Of a stretch of DNA of 39,765 bases, positions 20,101 to 28,493 are shown in pieces (within the stretch, counting starts at the first letter, position 1; each line of letters opens with the position of its first letter). Origin of the DNA: Oligoflexales bacterium. Lineage in GTDB: Bacteria > Bdellovibrionota_B > Oligoflexia > Oligoflexales > CAIYRB01. Location: assembly GCA_041736175.1 (NCBI GenBank), contig JBGSUI010000042.1, forward strand, positions 1 through 39,765, read 5' to 3'. The notes under the pieces are model-generated. The model made no database searches. It saw only the letters and a list, made by a program, of their open reading frames with translations, and was not told the DNA's origin. A program made the position numbers and the translations under genes.

Positions 20101-20584
20101 GGGAACGAGCTTGGCCATTGGATTTCTAACCTCTACAACTGGATATGACGTAGTCCTGGGGGGTGCCGACACGGCCAATAGCTACCGCATCATTAACGGT
20201 CTGCAATTGTCCACCCCTGATACGAATGGCAACTTTAACGTCACCGTAACAACGTTTAATCCCTATCAAGCCATCAGGGGAAACCTTTCATCTGCTGAGA
20301 TTACCGATCTCGACAACGATGGCTATGGCGATCTTATTTTGACTCCAGCGACCCAGGCCTCATCGGGTGCAACTAGCGTGATTTCAAACTTATTTTATAC
20401 CTGCCACACCACCAGTGCTGGCAACTGTACCCGACGTCCCTGGGGAGGCTATGGGGCGGGGATGACAGGGATCGCCGTCGGTGACATCAATAACGACGGG
20501 CGCAATGATTTTATCCTCGGTACACGTACCGGAGATCGGCTTTACTACCGCATGATTCTTAGGGCGATCAACACGGGCCAATGA
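14159..20584 (+). CDS. Giant surface lipoprotein/adhesin: about 13 putative Ig (He_PIG-like) repeats plus FG-GAP/VCBS repeats
   Basis: Lipobox TYG-C (Cys25); 13 repeats of GG..P.TF...G.LP.GL.L....G.ISG; at least eight D.(N/D).DG..(D/E) Ca-binding motifs in the C-terminal ~880 aa. Confidence 0.88.
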   Translation: MKNLTQKILINTIMYISGTIFTYGCGDVATISDQAALTSANYKPVDFSGDTLLSVTVNLPYKEILKTVGGLPPLTFKLTKGILPVGLTMDTASGIISGTVADSEVNKEFSFTVSVLDSNGVSDEQIYSIKVSPYTFVVTPVDLPLLVTNQPYQVTLLGIGAIKPVKWQIVGDAPAGTALDPNTGILTIDSAAITLAKGTDLVKDGLKLTVKSSDKNGVEVTKPYIISVAETGYLAPSLLDKELLNVATDVAYKEVIPIKGGAAPLTFKLIKGDLPKGIILDETSGVLSGKVLSTSLGNKQSVFNIQVTDAYGKTDEKVYTLSIVPYTLTVVPQELPQITPMIPFAIKLGAIGGVKPITFSIVGDLPARLKLAADGTLSTTAPYLALSTANSEWPVDITATDAQGVVGKSKLTIKVGASPANSSPLALQNTTLATMVAGAEYNAGVIATGGVAPLKFQIISGSLPLGLSLDAATGMITGTLGITAGNSLYAAIIKVTDAIGETLSQSYSGTVTMGSSPLSITTTSMPSPSAGSNYAAVVSVTGGKTPYNFTITSGTLPSGLSLNSSAGTITGIPTYATAGTAFVFTITVMDATNQTASKPFSGTIGSSSASLAIQTPSIVAPTAGNAYLQLIAATGGLPPYTFAISSGSLPSGLAINSSSGMISGTVAYSARNNPYLFSVMVSDSNANSAVQAYTGFVGNYTISLLPSSLTTATPGAYYTSTVITAGGQAPYVYSLTSGTLPTGLGFNTTTGEISGTVADAEAGLTKTFTITTTDTNGATTNRAYSLATASFAITLSTGSLAAATEGQAYSNGGQNLTASGGTTPYTYEYSGNLPSGIGLTSAGVFFGTPAYGQGALAGGTNYTIQIRVRDAQNRVSQANSKTINVGVSLPVVGSDTPNVGVLGTAYSYTLSSTGGRPTYTYSLVSGSLPTGLSLSTAGVISGTPTAATACPAGQFTVRSTDSLAQNSANSVKCIATVTGVNITNTSFPTVVTGVNYSGTVTTIGGTTPYSYSSSGLPTGVSLNSTTGALSGFVNAATGDYTVYLTATDSSSPTLSTTQVFVFKVRDPLSITTTTVNRAGSGIAYSPVTLVATGGETPYTFSINSGALPSGLSLSSSGIISGTPAANSSAGNGTYTFSVIVRDSAGLTSAVQSYTLYVTRGPKITTRRMPTAVVGRAFAYDIEFTGGVNQFISTANLASRLTWGATGLPSGLSINAATGRISGTPAGGSETSSPYTVTLSLSDQHGITATKSVPMEIRTAGLTFDADLPRMNEPCPTSSIANCETIAHAVGALVSGTPNTKYMVYGALTAGTTAAPTTSVIYIARIDSQGQVATPGTSNLTVTYTPSSVGWITGLDLGDIDNDGFTDIVYSDRSNNKIVVVWNDGTTDANGMPVFSSQNTFNMPASGARPMMVKVRQLRPDTTNSNKKDLIVADYDLLTPATAARLVVFLAQNSCSTNCSGSRSTVYTGTGASITAYNTTLITPAVGLGYIGGLDIGYFNTAPGTGVCPSIAITGRRISGANTDHIFLRHQAYASSVCNGNFGTHATSDEGLVSSNNNIPSHPAIADFNNDGISDIAVVLRWTTIANSAAVKVFMMPGGNVFPGAALTPLLPYTTGTTYVGGSVVPYCTDGSTTCSFPGLLVAGGRDRGMVITAGTATSHGFLSFIPNYGASPWFEDNTGNNRIDYEGLPGIGVNGLTATPIVTSNKNDIAFMGVDNNAYPYYFMAPRNGSSTTDPLKLKRMALSVPTYLANSASVGTIKLLDVNQDGNLDLISHLVNASAISITSGNLTTNVPGSIPEPTSNPIGSNFGLPNTYHYQSSMDSGDFNEDGYPDFATVGNASRVVTVNFGDGTTTVGNSVMLEPGISGDLYPRVINVKDYDNDGHDDIIIYNLNNTTNQYSMGYFKGNGNGTFAAAQEFNLANAVCGDVRTMVSKDLNGDGRPEIAILCAGNQALWILRRHADVGGTWVKNSGGTVNSVTAGTGTSLAIGFLTSTTGYDVVLGGADTANSYRIINGLQLSTPDTNGNFNVTVTTFNPYQAIRGNLSSAEITDLDNDGYGDLILTPATQASSGATSVISNLFYTCHTTSAGNCTRRPWGGYGAGMTGIAVGDINNDGRNDFILGTRTGDRLYYRMILRAINTGQ

Positions 20585-21464
20585 GTTCCGCTGCGAGGTT
20601 CGTCCTAAAAAGAAGCGTATAGTGGGTGAGCTTAGGCACCGTCCAAAGCTGACCCTGGCGGCAGGTTTGAGCGAGTAATTTACCTTGGGCGAGGGGAACT
20701 ATTAAATCATTATTAGCATAAACAAACATATTTTGTAATGGAGATCCTTTAATGGCCTGGGGCACATCCATCTGCTCCACAACATCAGCGACATGCTCAA
20801 TATAGTGCTTTGGGTAGTGAGCAGGTGGAATCCTAATGGGAAACCTCTGTCGTCGAAAACGTCCTAGAGGAGGAATCATACCAAGATTGCCATAAAAAAA
20901 GCTTTGTTGGTAGAACTCCTTTTGCCAAACCGCTGGCAGCTCGCCAAGAGCTGCTCTCAGTCCCAGGTGGCGTAAAGAAATGGGTGTCGCAATATAACGG
21001 ACTCCAGCAAGGCCCGAAAGACCTATCACAGCCCTTGCTAGCATCGCACCTCCTAAACTATAGCCTACACCGTAGATCCCTAGGCCTTGGTATTGGGAAC
21101 AAGCTAATTTCACAGCATGCCGAACCACTTGGACGGCAGGTTGGCTATCGAGAAGAGTCGTGCTCCCAAAACCATGTCCTGGGAGATCAAAGGAATACAC
21201 AGCCCACCCCACCCTCAGGAAATCTCGAAAAAGCTGCAACTGGGGAAACACACCATCGTTGCCGGTGCCATGGGCAAAAAAGATTGCCCCTTTAGGGGTC
21301 TTCGGCTCTAAACTAAAGGCAAAGGTCTTACCAAGTTTTCCCAGGTCAAAACTCAGGTCCCGCCACGAGCATTGATAGGTGTCGATAAAATGCCTAAGAT
21401 AAGATTGTGAAGAATGATCTCCCAACTGAAACCTCCTCCACGGAGCTGAGACTTGATGATACAC
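20568..21464 (-). CDS. Alpha/beta hydrolase (lysophospholipase-like)
   Basis: FFAHG, FDLPGHG, GYSLGG nucleophile elbow, D.IVP and terminal H. Confidence 0.88.
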   Translation of the reverse strand: MYHQVSAPWRRFQLGDHSSQSYLRHFIDTYQCSWRDLSFDLGKLGKTFAFSLEPKTPKGAIFFAHGTGNDGVFPQLQLFRDFLRVGWAVYSFDLPGHGFGSTTLLDSQPAVQVVRHAVKLACSQYQGLGIYGVGYSLGGAMLARAVIGLSGLAGVRYIATPISLRHLGLRAALGELPAVWQKEFYQQSFFYGNLGMIPPLGRFRRQRFPIRIPPAHYPKHYIEHVADVVEQMDVPQAIKGSPLQNMFVYANNDLIVPLAQGKLLAQTCRQGQLWTVPKLTHYTLLFRTNLAAELIGPC

Positions 21465-21719
21465 CTAAGCAGCAAAGAGGTCAGTCATATCCTGAATTTT
21501 ATGAATTTCGATTCTGCCCTTGCCTGTTAAAATGATTAAAAAACCCTCCATTCTAACTATCCATCCATTCGATTTTAATACCATATAAACTTATACTTTG
21601 TATTTTCAAAAATATTGCAAGAATTAAAAAGACCTGCGAGTTCTAAATAGATCCTAACATTTGACCGATCTACTGAATGCCTTAGGTATGTTTCTTAGAT
21701 TATTGTTTGGAGAGTTTTT

Positions 21720-22700
21720 ATTCCCGCAGAACGACGAATTCCGCAGAATTTTGGTAACTACCGCATTATCGAAGAGGTGGGTGCCGGTGGCCTGGGCCGT
21801 GTCTTTCGAGGGATTGACGAGCGCACTGGCAAAACAGTCGCCATAAAGGTCCTCCATGATAAGTATGTAAACAACTCCAAATTTCTTGGAATTTTCCATC
21901 GCGAGCTGCTGATTATGGCCGGCATGCATCACAAACACATCGTCGGTTACCTTGATAGCTATTTTGAACCACCCAACTGCTATATCGTTACCGAGTTTAT
22001 TGAGGGCTGGTCAGGTCACCAGTTTCTTAAGTTGGTAGGGGTCATCCCACCCCTTGTGGCCCTGAGCATTATTATTGATATGATGAAAGGGATCGACCAC
22101 CTCCACCTTCATGACACGGTCCATTCGGATCTTTCGTCTGCAAATTTTCTGATCGACCGCTCAGGAAGAGTGATGGTCACCGATTTTGGCTTATCCTGCC
22201 AGCTAGAAATTGAAGACTACAAAAACTATATGGTCGGCACCCCAGGCTACTACTCGCCAGAACATATCTCCGAAGCTAAGGTCTGTCCCCAAACCGATCT
22301 CTACTGCAGCGGCCTACTTCTGTATGAAATGATCAGCGGACGCAAAGCAGTGCCCGCTTCTACAGATCGAAAGGCCGTCCTTGCTGCGATGAAAAGGATT
22401 CCCTTTGATCGCATCGGTATTACTGACAAAAATCTCAACGCCAAGTTCACTAAACTGTTAAAAGCTTTGCTGCAGTTTAACGCTTCAAAACGGATTCAAA
22501 CAGCCGAACATATGATGTTTGCCTGTTACGAAATCCTTAAGGCCTATGATATTCGCTATGCGAGGCATGCAATCAAAAAATTCCTCGTAGACCGTGGGCT
22601 AGTTCGAGGCCCTTTTGCTGGATTTGACCAAAACATCTATATTGGATTTGCCGGAAAAGAGATTCACGTGCAACGCCAATCGGCCCCACCTAATACCTAA
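21720..22700 (+). CDS. Hanks-type Ser/Thr protein kinase (cytoplasmic)
   Basis: YRIIEEVGAGGLGRV, VAIK, E in helix C, HSDLSSAN, DFG, GTPGYYSPE, DLY..G. ORF track start 21777 cuts off beta1; in-frame ATT at 21720 follows GGAGAG. Confidence 0.9.
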   Translation: MPAERRIPQNFGNYRIIEEVGAGGLGRVFRGIDERTGKTVAIKVLHDKYVNNSKFLGIFHRELLIMAGMHHKHIVGYLDSYFEPPNCYIVTEFIEGWSGHQFLKLVGVIPPLVALSIIIDMMKGIDHLHLHDTVHSDLSSANFLIDRSGRVMVTDFGLSCQLEIEDYKNYMVGTPGYYSPEHISEAKVCPQTDLYCSGLLLYEMISGRKAVPASTDRKAVLAAMKRIPFDRIGITDKNLNAKFTKLLKALLQFNASKRIQTAEHMMFACYEILKAYDIRYARHAIKKFLVDRGLVRGPFAGFDQNIYIGFAGKEIHVQRQSAPPNT

Positions 22701-23239
22701 AATGCGCTGGTTGTTTGTAGGTTCTGGCTGAGATCTATACCCACCCCCGTATCATCATGGTCTGTATGCCATGGCAGCTCAGCTCGATCGCTAAATAGGG
22801 CTTGGTAAAGACATGTCTTGTTTCGGGGAGTATTGTAAAGACTCAGCTCCACTGATTGCATCAGATCTTTGGGAGTCAATAGGCGTATCCCATAGGATTT
22901 TAGCTTATCGACAATCTTAAGTTCAAAACCCGACACTTCACCAAGTGTTGCCCCTATAAAATCAGTGGTTCGCACATGGTTGCTCAGACGTACAAAAATC
23001 GCAAAGGGCCCTACCATCGACAGCTCTAGACGCCACAGAGCGTTTTGTCCCTTGAGGAGATAGCCAAAACAGACATCGTCCTCGCATTCCCCCAAGTCCT
23101 CTACCGCCGCAAAATCCCGCAACTTTCGAATCAAAGGGTCGTAAGGACGGTTATGAAAAGCGCGGCGTATAAAAGAAAAATCAGGTTGTTCAGGATTTTT
23201 GTATGCAGCTCGAACATATTCACAATAGTTTGGTGCCAT
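22697..23239 (-). CDS. Hypothetical protein
   Basis: 180-aa ATG ORF with GAGG upstream; no family recognised. Confidence 0.7.
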   Translation of the reverse strand: MAPNYCEYVRAAYKNPEQPDFSFIRRAFHNRPYDPLIRKLRDFAAVEDLGECEDDVCFGYLLKGQNALWRLELSMVGPFAIFVRLSNHVRTTDFIGATLGEVSGFELKIVDKLKSYGIRLLTPKDLMQSVELSLYNTPRNKTCLYQALFSDRAELPWHTDHDDTGVGIDLSQNLQTTSAF

Positions 23240-23302
23240 GAAAACTAAGGTCCCTCAATGACTATTCACCAAAGAAAAAAACAGATCAAAAAACATCAGA
23301 CT

Positions 23303-25063
23303 TTATCGACTATAATGCACGAGGTAAAGGGTTCGAACTGGTTTGGGACAGAGGGACTTGGTCCAATCGGACCCTCCAGATATTGCAACCCTTGGATCCG
23401 TGATTACCTGAAGCTTCGTTGACTTGCAATCCCTAAGAAGAGAAAGACTCAAAGCTTGGTAGGGAATGATTTTAGGGGCGGGCAATTGATTCACCAGCAG
23501 CCAAAATCCCCCGGCGTTGTTGATATCCTCCTGTGTTCGTTCAAAGTAGACGGGATTGCGTGTCGCTTCCGAATCCCGAGTTAATCCAGGCCATTGTCGG
23601 AGCGGGAGTAGGGGTTGATAAAACTTAATCATCGAAAACATCTGGTAGCTTTCTACAAAAACCGGCCCGGGTAGAGCCGCCAAGGTCTCGCCCAGGGCTT
23701 GGTAGCCATAGGTTTCCCGAAGGATACGGTCACCTTTTAAGGGCAAAAAAGGGAGTCTAGCATGGGCGACCAGGAGACCTACAAGCAGCATGTTGGCACC
23801 TGCCGCTAGGACACCCTTGGTCGTCGTCGTAGGGAGGATAAAGGGCACCCATAAATATGCAGCTCCGACGATATACATGGCAGACCAATTTGCCTCAACC
23901 TTCGAAAATGGGCTTAGCATCCCAAAAAAAATCAATGGAACCCATACAGAGCTATGGATAAGAGCCCTCGTCGTAGGATTGTCTGCGACGTAAACTGGCT
24001 CAAATTTAATGCGTTGCTTTTTAGATCGCCAAAATCCCCAGAATGCAAGGACCAACCAAGCCCCCCAAAGAGTGATTTGCGACATGTAAAAACCAAAGGC
24101 TCGATTGAGTTGGTCAAGGGGTTCATGCCACCATTTTTGAGCGTGTTCAATCTCTTTCGCCTTTAAAAAAGGCTTTGAAAGCAGTGCCTCTCGGTCCAAG
24201 GCGTGAGGCACTTGGGGCGGAGGCAGATAGGAATTGGATCTTTTCCGATCGAGCATCTCGGATCTTTCCATGGAAAATCCGTGGCGCAGTTGAAATCGAA
24301 ACGTAATCCAGTCGTTTTGAGCATTCCACAGAAGATGGGGCAAAAAAACCAGAAAGCAAACCACACCCCCTAAGTAGGGCCAAAGGGTCAGGAGGGCGGG
24401 CTTTGGGTATTTTTCAGAGGAAATGGGGCGCGAGGTGGTACGGGAGCGAGAGGGGAATGGGGCGGATCTGATGAAAAGTTGTCTGACCAGGGGCACCAGA
24501 AAAACTAAACCGATAAGACTCATGGTGTATTTAGACCATAACCCGCACCCCACCCACAAACCCGCAAGGAGCCAGCGCTTGGGGTTTTGTGAAAGAGATT
24601 GAGTCCCCTCAAAAAGCGCTAAAGTCCAAAATAGCAAGACCAGAGTATCTGGAGTTGTGAGGACACCATGGAGCAGTCCCATGAGGTTGGTCCCAAGTGC
24701 TAAAAGTGCCATCCAAACACTGGGAGCGTTCGCACCTCCACTCCACAGCAGATAGAGTCGATAAGCCATCCACAAGTGAACCATAGCTGCCGCCAGCGTC
24801 CCGAGGCGGATAAGTAGCCATGGGCTTGCAAAGGGTATTAAACTTAGATGTTGGCCTAAAGTCAGAAAAGCGACCAAAGGTGGATGGTCAAAGTAACCAA
24901 GGTCTAAGTGCTGCCCCCAAAGTGCGTAGTAGGCTTCGTCTTGGGTGATCGGTAACAAGCCCGCAAGGACGGCCCAAAAGAGACCCATCACCACAAAAAG
25001 AACAATCACCGACTTTAGAGGTCCTCGATCGAGGGAGCCCCGAGGGTGGAAACCACTAAACAA
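23303..25063 (-). CDS. Second ArnT/PMT_2-like membrane glycosyltransferase
   Basis: LPITQDEAYY..WG.HL..GYFDHPP, TPD, SKY, PHLLWN...W..F.FQ motifs; overlaps the recD2 stop. Confidence 0.87.
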   Translation of the reverse strand: MFSGFHPRGSLDRGPLKSVIVLFVVMGLFWAVLAGLLPITQDEAYYALWGQHLDLGYFDHPPLVAFLTLGQHLSLIPFASPWLLIRLGTLAAAMVHLWMAYRLYLLWSGGANAPSVWMALLALGTNLMGLLHGVLTTPDTLVLLFWTLALFEGTQSLSQNPKRWLLAGLWVGCGLWSKYTMSLIGLVFLVPLVRQLFIRSAPFPSRSRTTSRPISSEKYPKPALLTLWPYLGGVVCFLVFLPHLLWNAQNDWITFRFQLRHGFSMERSEMLDRKRSNSYLPPPQVPHALDREALLSKPFLKAKEIEHAQKWWHEPLDQLNRAFGFYMSQITLWGAWLVLAFWGFWRSKKQRIKFEPVYVADNPTTRALIHSSVWVPLIFFGMLSPFSKVEANWSAMYIVGAAYLWVPFILPTTTTKGVLAAGANMLLVGLLVAHARLPFLPLKGDRILRETYGYQALGETLAALPGPVFVESYQMFSMIKFYQPLLPLRQWPGLTRDSEATRNPVYFERTQEDINNAGGFWLLVNQLPAPKIIPYQALSLSLLRDCKSTKLQVITDPRVAISGGSDWTKSLCPKPVRTLYLVHYSR

Positions 25064-27284
25064 GTCCCCCCTCCACCGGCTCTAAAATATTTCCAAGCCT
25101 TTGGACAAGGCGTGACTGCCTTTCGAGGCTCTTATTGTTGTTGGTGGCAAATTGGAGGGCTCGCCTTGACCCTACAAAATACGCGAGTTTTCGAGCTCGT
25201 GTCAGACCCGTATAAAAGAGATTCCGCTGGAGCATAACATAAAACTGCATCGTACATGGGATCACCACGACTGGAAACTCGCTTCCCTGTGATTTGTGAA
25301 TCGTGATGGCATAGGCGAGCCGCAGATCCCCAGCAGCCTCCTGGTCATAGGTCACCTCCCTTTCCCCAAAGAGAACCCCTAACTGGGCTCCATTCGTCCA
25401 CTGCACAAAGCCGATATCCCCGTTAAAGACATTGAGATCGTAGTTATTGACACATTGGATCACCTTATCGCCCGGCCTTAAAATCAGTCCCTTTACGCGA
25501 TATTCAGCGCTGTTTCCCCGCCGAGGATTGAGGAGGGCTTGTAGCTCTTGGCTCAGAGCAATCGTTCCTAAGTCGCCCCGGTTCATCGGCGACAAAATCT
25601 GAATATCGCGGATGGAATCAAACCCATATTTTTCGGGAATCGTCTGAAGAACAAGCCTCTGAATGGTCAGCCTTACCTCTTCGGGATTGGCTGCCTCCAC
25701 AAAATGGCAGTCGCTTTGGGGATCGTCGTATAGTCTAAGGGGCTCCCCTTGGTTAATGCTGTGGGCCGTTTGAATGATTCGGGACTGGGCTGCTTGCCTA
25801 AAGACTTTGCCAAGCCGCGTAAATGGAACGACCCCCGAATGGATCAGATCCCGCAAGACGTTCCCTGGACCTACTGAGGGCAATTGATCCATATCTCCAA
25901 GGAGGATGAGCTGGGCTGATTTAGGAATCGCACTAAAGAGGGCCTCTGCCAGGCGGATATCTAGCATCGACGACTCATCGATCACGACCACCTGGACATT
26001 GAGAGGGTCCTCGGCTTGTTTAGAAAAACAACCCATTTGCGGATTCCATTCTAAAAGCCTATGAATCGTTTTTGCTGGCGCATAAGCTACTTCAGACAGT
26101 CTTTGGGCCGCTCGTCCTGTAGGCGCCGCAAGGGCGACTGATTTGCCCATTGCCTTAAGAAGTTTGATGACCGTATTAGCCGTTGTCGTCTTTCCAACTC
26201 CTGGCCCTCCCGTTAAGATAAACACCCGGTGTCGTGTGACCGCTCGGACCGAATCCATCTGCTCATCGGTTAAATCACATCCTGTTGCCTCCCTAAATCG
26301 ACGGATCCACTGCTCAACCCGCTCAGCGTCGGAGTGAAGTGGGTTGGATAGCAGTTGTCTGATTTTTGCAGCCACACTGCATTCAGCAAAGAGGAGATTT
26401 TTTTGGTAGTAGATAGGCTGTGACAGATCGTTGGTGCTATGGGGTGCTTCCGATCCGAGGGTGTTCTGATCTTCCAAGATCTTTAGGGCTGCATCGAGTC
26501 GAGGAGTGATCTTATCGGAAGAGACTCCCAAACAGGTTTCAAGGGACTCGATCAATTGGCTACGGGTCAAATAACAGTGGCCCCGTTCCTCAGCCTGCTC
26601 CAGTTGATAAAGAATGGCTGCCCGGATCCGCTCGGGAGAGTCTGCTGGGATACCCATACTCTGGGCGATTCGATCTGCCGACAGAAAACCTATGCCGCGG
26701 ATTTCCGAAGCTAATCGAAAAGGATTAGCCGCAATGACTTTGATTGCTTGCGGCCCGTACATTTCGAGGAGTCGACTTGTAAAAGTCGTAGAAATCTCAT
26801 GCTCGGAAAGAAACATGGTAATCTCAGAAATCGCCTGGTGTTGCTTCCAAGACTCCACGATCTTTTTATAGATCTTAGGCGTAATCCCCTTAATCTCTCG
26901 GAGTCTCTCGGGTGACTTTTCTAGGATCTCAAAAGTCTGTTTGCCAAATTTGGCGACGATTTTTTGGGCAGTTTTTTCGCCAATTCCTTTAAAAAGTCCT
27001 GAAGAAATGTAACGCTTGATTCCTTCTTTTGATGTGGGCTGAATCGGAACAATACGATCTGCCTTAAACTGAGACCCGTACTGGGGATGTTTGGAATAGG
27101 TTCCGAAAAGTTCGAAATATTGACCGGGCTGGGGATCATGAAAGTGCCCGACCACCGTAAGCAATTCGGGTGTACTATCTGCCTTTACTCGGGCAACGGT
27201 CCACCCGTTGGTCTCGTTCCGAAAGGTGACACGGTCGATTTCTGCTCTGATTTGCTGGACCGACGGTTCCGCAGAACTCTCCAT
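25056..27284 (-). CDS. recD2: ATP-dependent RecD-like DNA helicase RecD2
   Basis: HP.YG.QF N-domain, HhH KGIG..TA, Walker A GGPGVGKTT, APTGRAA, TIHRLL, DESSM, GD.DQLPSVG, YAITIHKSQGSEF, YTGLTRA. Confidence 0.95.
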   Translation of the reverse strand: MESSAEPSVQQIRAEIDRVTFRNETNGWTVARVKADSTPELLTVVGHFHDPQPGQYFELFGTYSKHPQYGSQFKADRIVPIQPTSKEGIKRYISSGLFKGIGEKTAQKIVAKFGKQTFEILEKSPERLREIKGITPKIYKKIVESWKQHQAISEITMFLSEHEISTTFTSRLLEMYGPQAIKVIAANPFRLASEIRGIGFLSADRIAQSMGIPADSPERIRAAILYQLEQAEERGHCYLTRSQLIESLETCLGVSSDKITPRLDAALKILEDQNTLGSEAPHSTNDLSQPIYYQKNLLFAECSVAAKIRQLLSNPLHSDAERVEQWIRRFREATGCDLTDEQMDSVRAVTRHRVFILTGGPGVGKTTTANTVIKLLKAMGKSVALAAPTGRAAQRLSEVAYAPAKTIHRLLEWNPQMGCFSKQAEDPLNVQVVVIDESSMLDIRLAEALFSAIPKSAQLILLGDMDQLPSVGPGNVLRDLIHSGVVPFTRLGKVFRQAAQSRIIQTAHSINQGEPLRLYDDPQSDCHFVEAANPEEVRLTIQRLVLQTIPEKYGFDSIRDIQILSPMNRGDLGTIALSQELQALLNPRRGNSAEYRVKGLILRPGDKVIQCVNNYDLNVFNGDIGFVQWTNGAQLGVLFGEREVTYDQEAAGDLRLAYAITIHKSQGSEFPVVVIPCTMQFYVMLQRNLFYTGLTRARKLAYFVGSRRALQFATNNNKSLERQSRLVQRLGNILEPVEGGLV

Positions 27285-27503
27285 AACCCACCGTAATCAA
27301 TAAATAATATTCGATTTCGCATCCCACGGCCCCCATTATAGGGTACAACTCCAATGATTTCCAGCAGCTTTATGTGAATCGAACATTGCCTCGCCGTTTC
27401 TCCCTAAGCGCGACTTCCATTTTATAATCATTTTAGTGAGTTGCAGGCTAAATGGACAACTTGAGGGAGCAATACGCAGGTAGGAATAGACTGCTCAAAG
27501 CTG

Positions 27504-27800
27504 CTATTCCAGGAGTTCGATGCCCAGTTTGACCACTTCGACATCTAAATCCAAGATCCATTTAACCTCACCAAGAAGGGGAGCTAGGTCTCCAATCTTA
27601 ATACGGACCCTAGCACCCTTGTGCAGCTGCTGTTTCTTAAGAGCCACGACGCAGCATCCATTATAGGATTCGTTGCAGATAAGAGCCACTATCTCAGGAC
27701 TAAATCCATCGAGTTGTGGGTTGAGATCGATGGATGCATGGTGGAAAGGATCGGCTGTAAAGCGTACCTTTCGGCGATTATTTTTAAGGTGTGCTGGCAT
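27504..27800 (-). CDS. Stand-alone PilZ-like domain protein
   Basis: RKVRF (R-x3-R) and NES.NG (D/N-x-S-x-x-G) motifs, GEVKW; GGAG RBS before ATG at 27800. Confidence 0.7.
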   Translation of the reverse strand: MPAHLKNNRRKVRFTADPFHHASIDLNPQLDGFSPEIVALICNESYNGCCVVALKKQQLHKGARVRIKIGDLAPLLGEVKWILDLDVEVVKLGIELLE

Positions 27801-27836
27801 CTTTTTTACTCCCAAGTTTTCCGTTTACAGTGACTG

Positions 27837-27863
27837 TTATCGTCTAAGTAAGTTGTAACTTGA
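27837..27863 (-). promoter_or_regulatory. Sigma28 (FliA)-like promoter
   Basis: Minus strand TCAA-N15-GACGATAA, 37 nt upstream of the PilZ-like gene. Confidence 0.65.
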
Positions 27864-27917
27864 TGGGAATTTCTTACCTGTCACTAAAGAATTTTTTTCT
27901 AAGTTTTTTCCTTGGTC

Positions 27918-27945
27918 TTGACAGCTTTAAAGTAGACCTTAACTT
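27918..27945 (+). promoter_or_regulatory. Sigma70-like promoter of the hsp20 pair
   Basis: TTGACA-N16-TAACTT upstream of the first Hsp20. Confidence 0.45.
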
Positions 27946-28019
27946 TGATACAGAGGCGATTTAAGTCGCTTCTCTGAGAGTCTAGATTAAACGAACTCTA
28001 AACTATAAGGAGAATATTT

Positions 28020-28448
28020 ATGTCTACAGATTTTGCAAGAACCTGGGAACCTTTGGTATCTCTCCAACGTGCCATTGAGTCTGCAATGAACCAGAATTTT
28101 TTTGGGTTCGCCACCACTGATCAGGGGATATTTCCAGCCATTTCGGTATTTAAGGGCGAAAACGAACTGCTTCTCACCGCGGAGCTTCCTGGTACTCGAA
28201 AACAAGATATTAATATTGAAGTTAAAAATGATCTTTTTCGAGTCAGTGGCGAACGCAAGGTAGATTTTGATCCGAAAGAAGTCAGTACCCATCGTCGGGA
28301 GCGACCTGAAGGATTGTTTGATCGTACGCTTAAGCTTCCTTTTGCAATCAATGCCGAAGCAGTCAGTGCTAGTTATGAAGATGGAATTTTGCGGGTAACC
28401 CTACCGTTTGCTGAATCTGCAAAATCCAAAAAAGTTCAAATTTCCTAA
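28020..28448 (+). CDS. Hsp20/alpha-crystallin small heat-shock protein
   Basis: AELPG, SGER, RRER..G.F.R...LP, ASYEDGIL.V.LP, C-terminal VQI; AAGGAG RBS. Confidence 0.93.
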   Translation: MSTDFARTWEPLVSLQRAIESAMNQNFFGFATTDQGIFPAISVFKGENELLLTAELPGTRKQDINIEVKNDLFRVSGERKVDFDPKEVSTHRRERPEGLFDRTLKLPFAINAEAVSASYEDGILRVTLPFAESAKSKKVQIS

Positions 28449-28493
28449 ATGTGGAACCAACAAAATCAACAACCATTATTAGAAAGGACATTT

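Noticed and set aside
27955..28000. CIRCE (HrcA) operator before hsp20
   Set aside because: No acceptable match to TTAGCACTC-N9-GAGTGCTAA.
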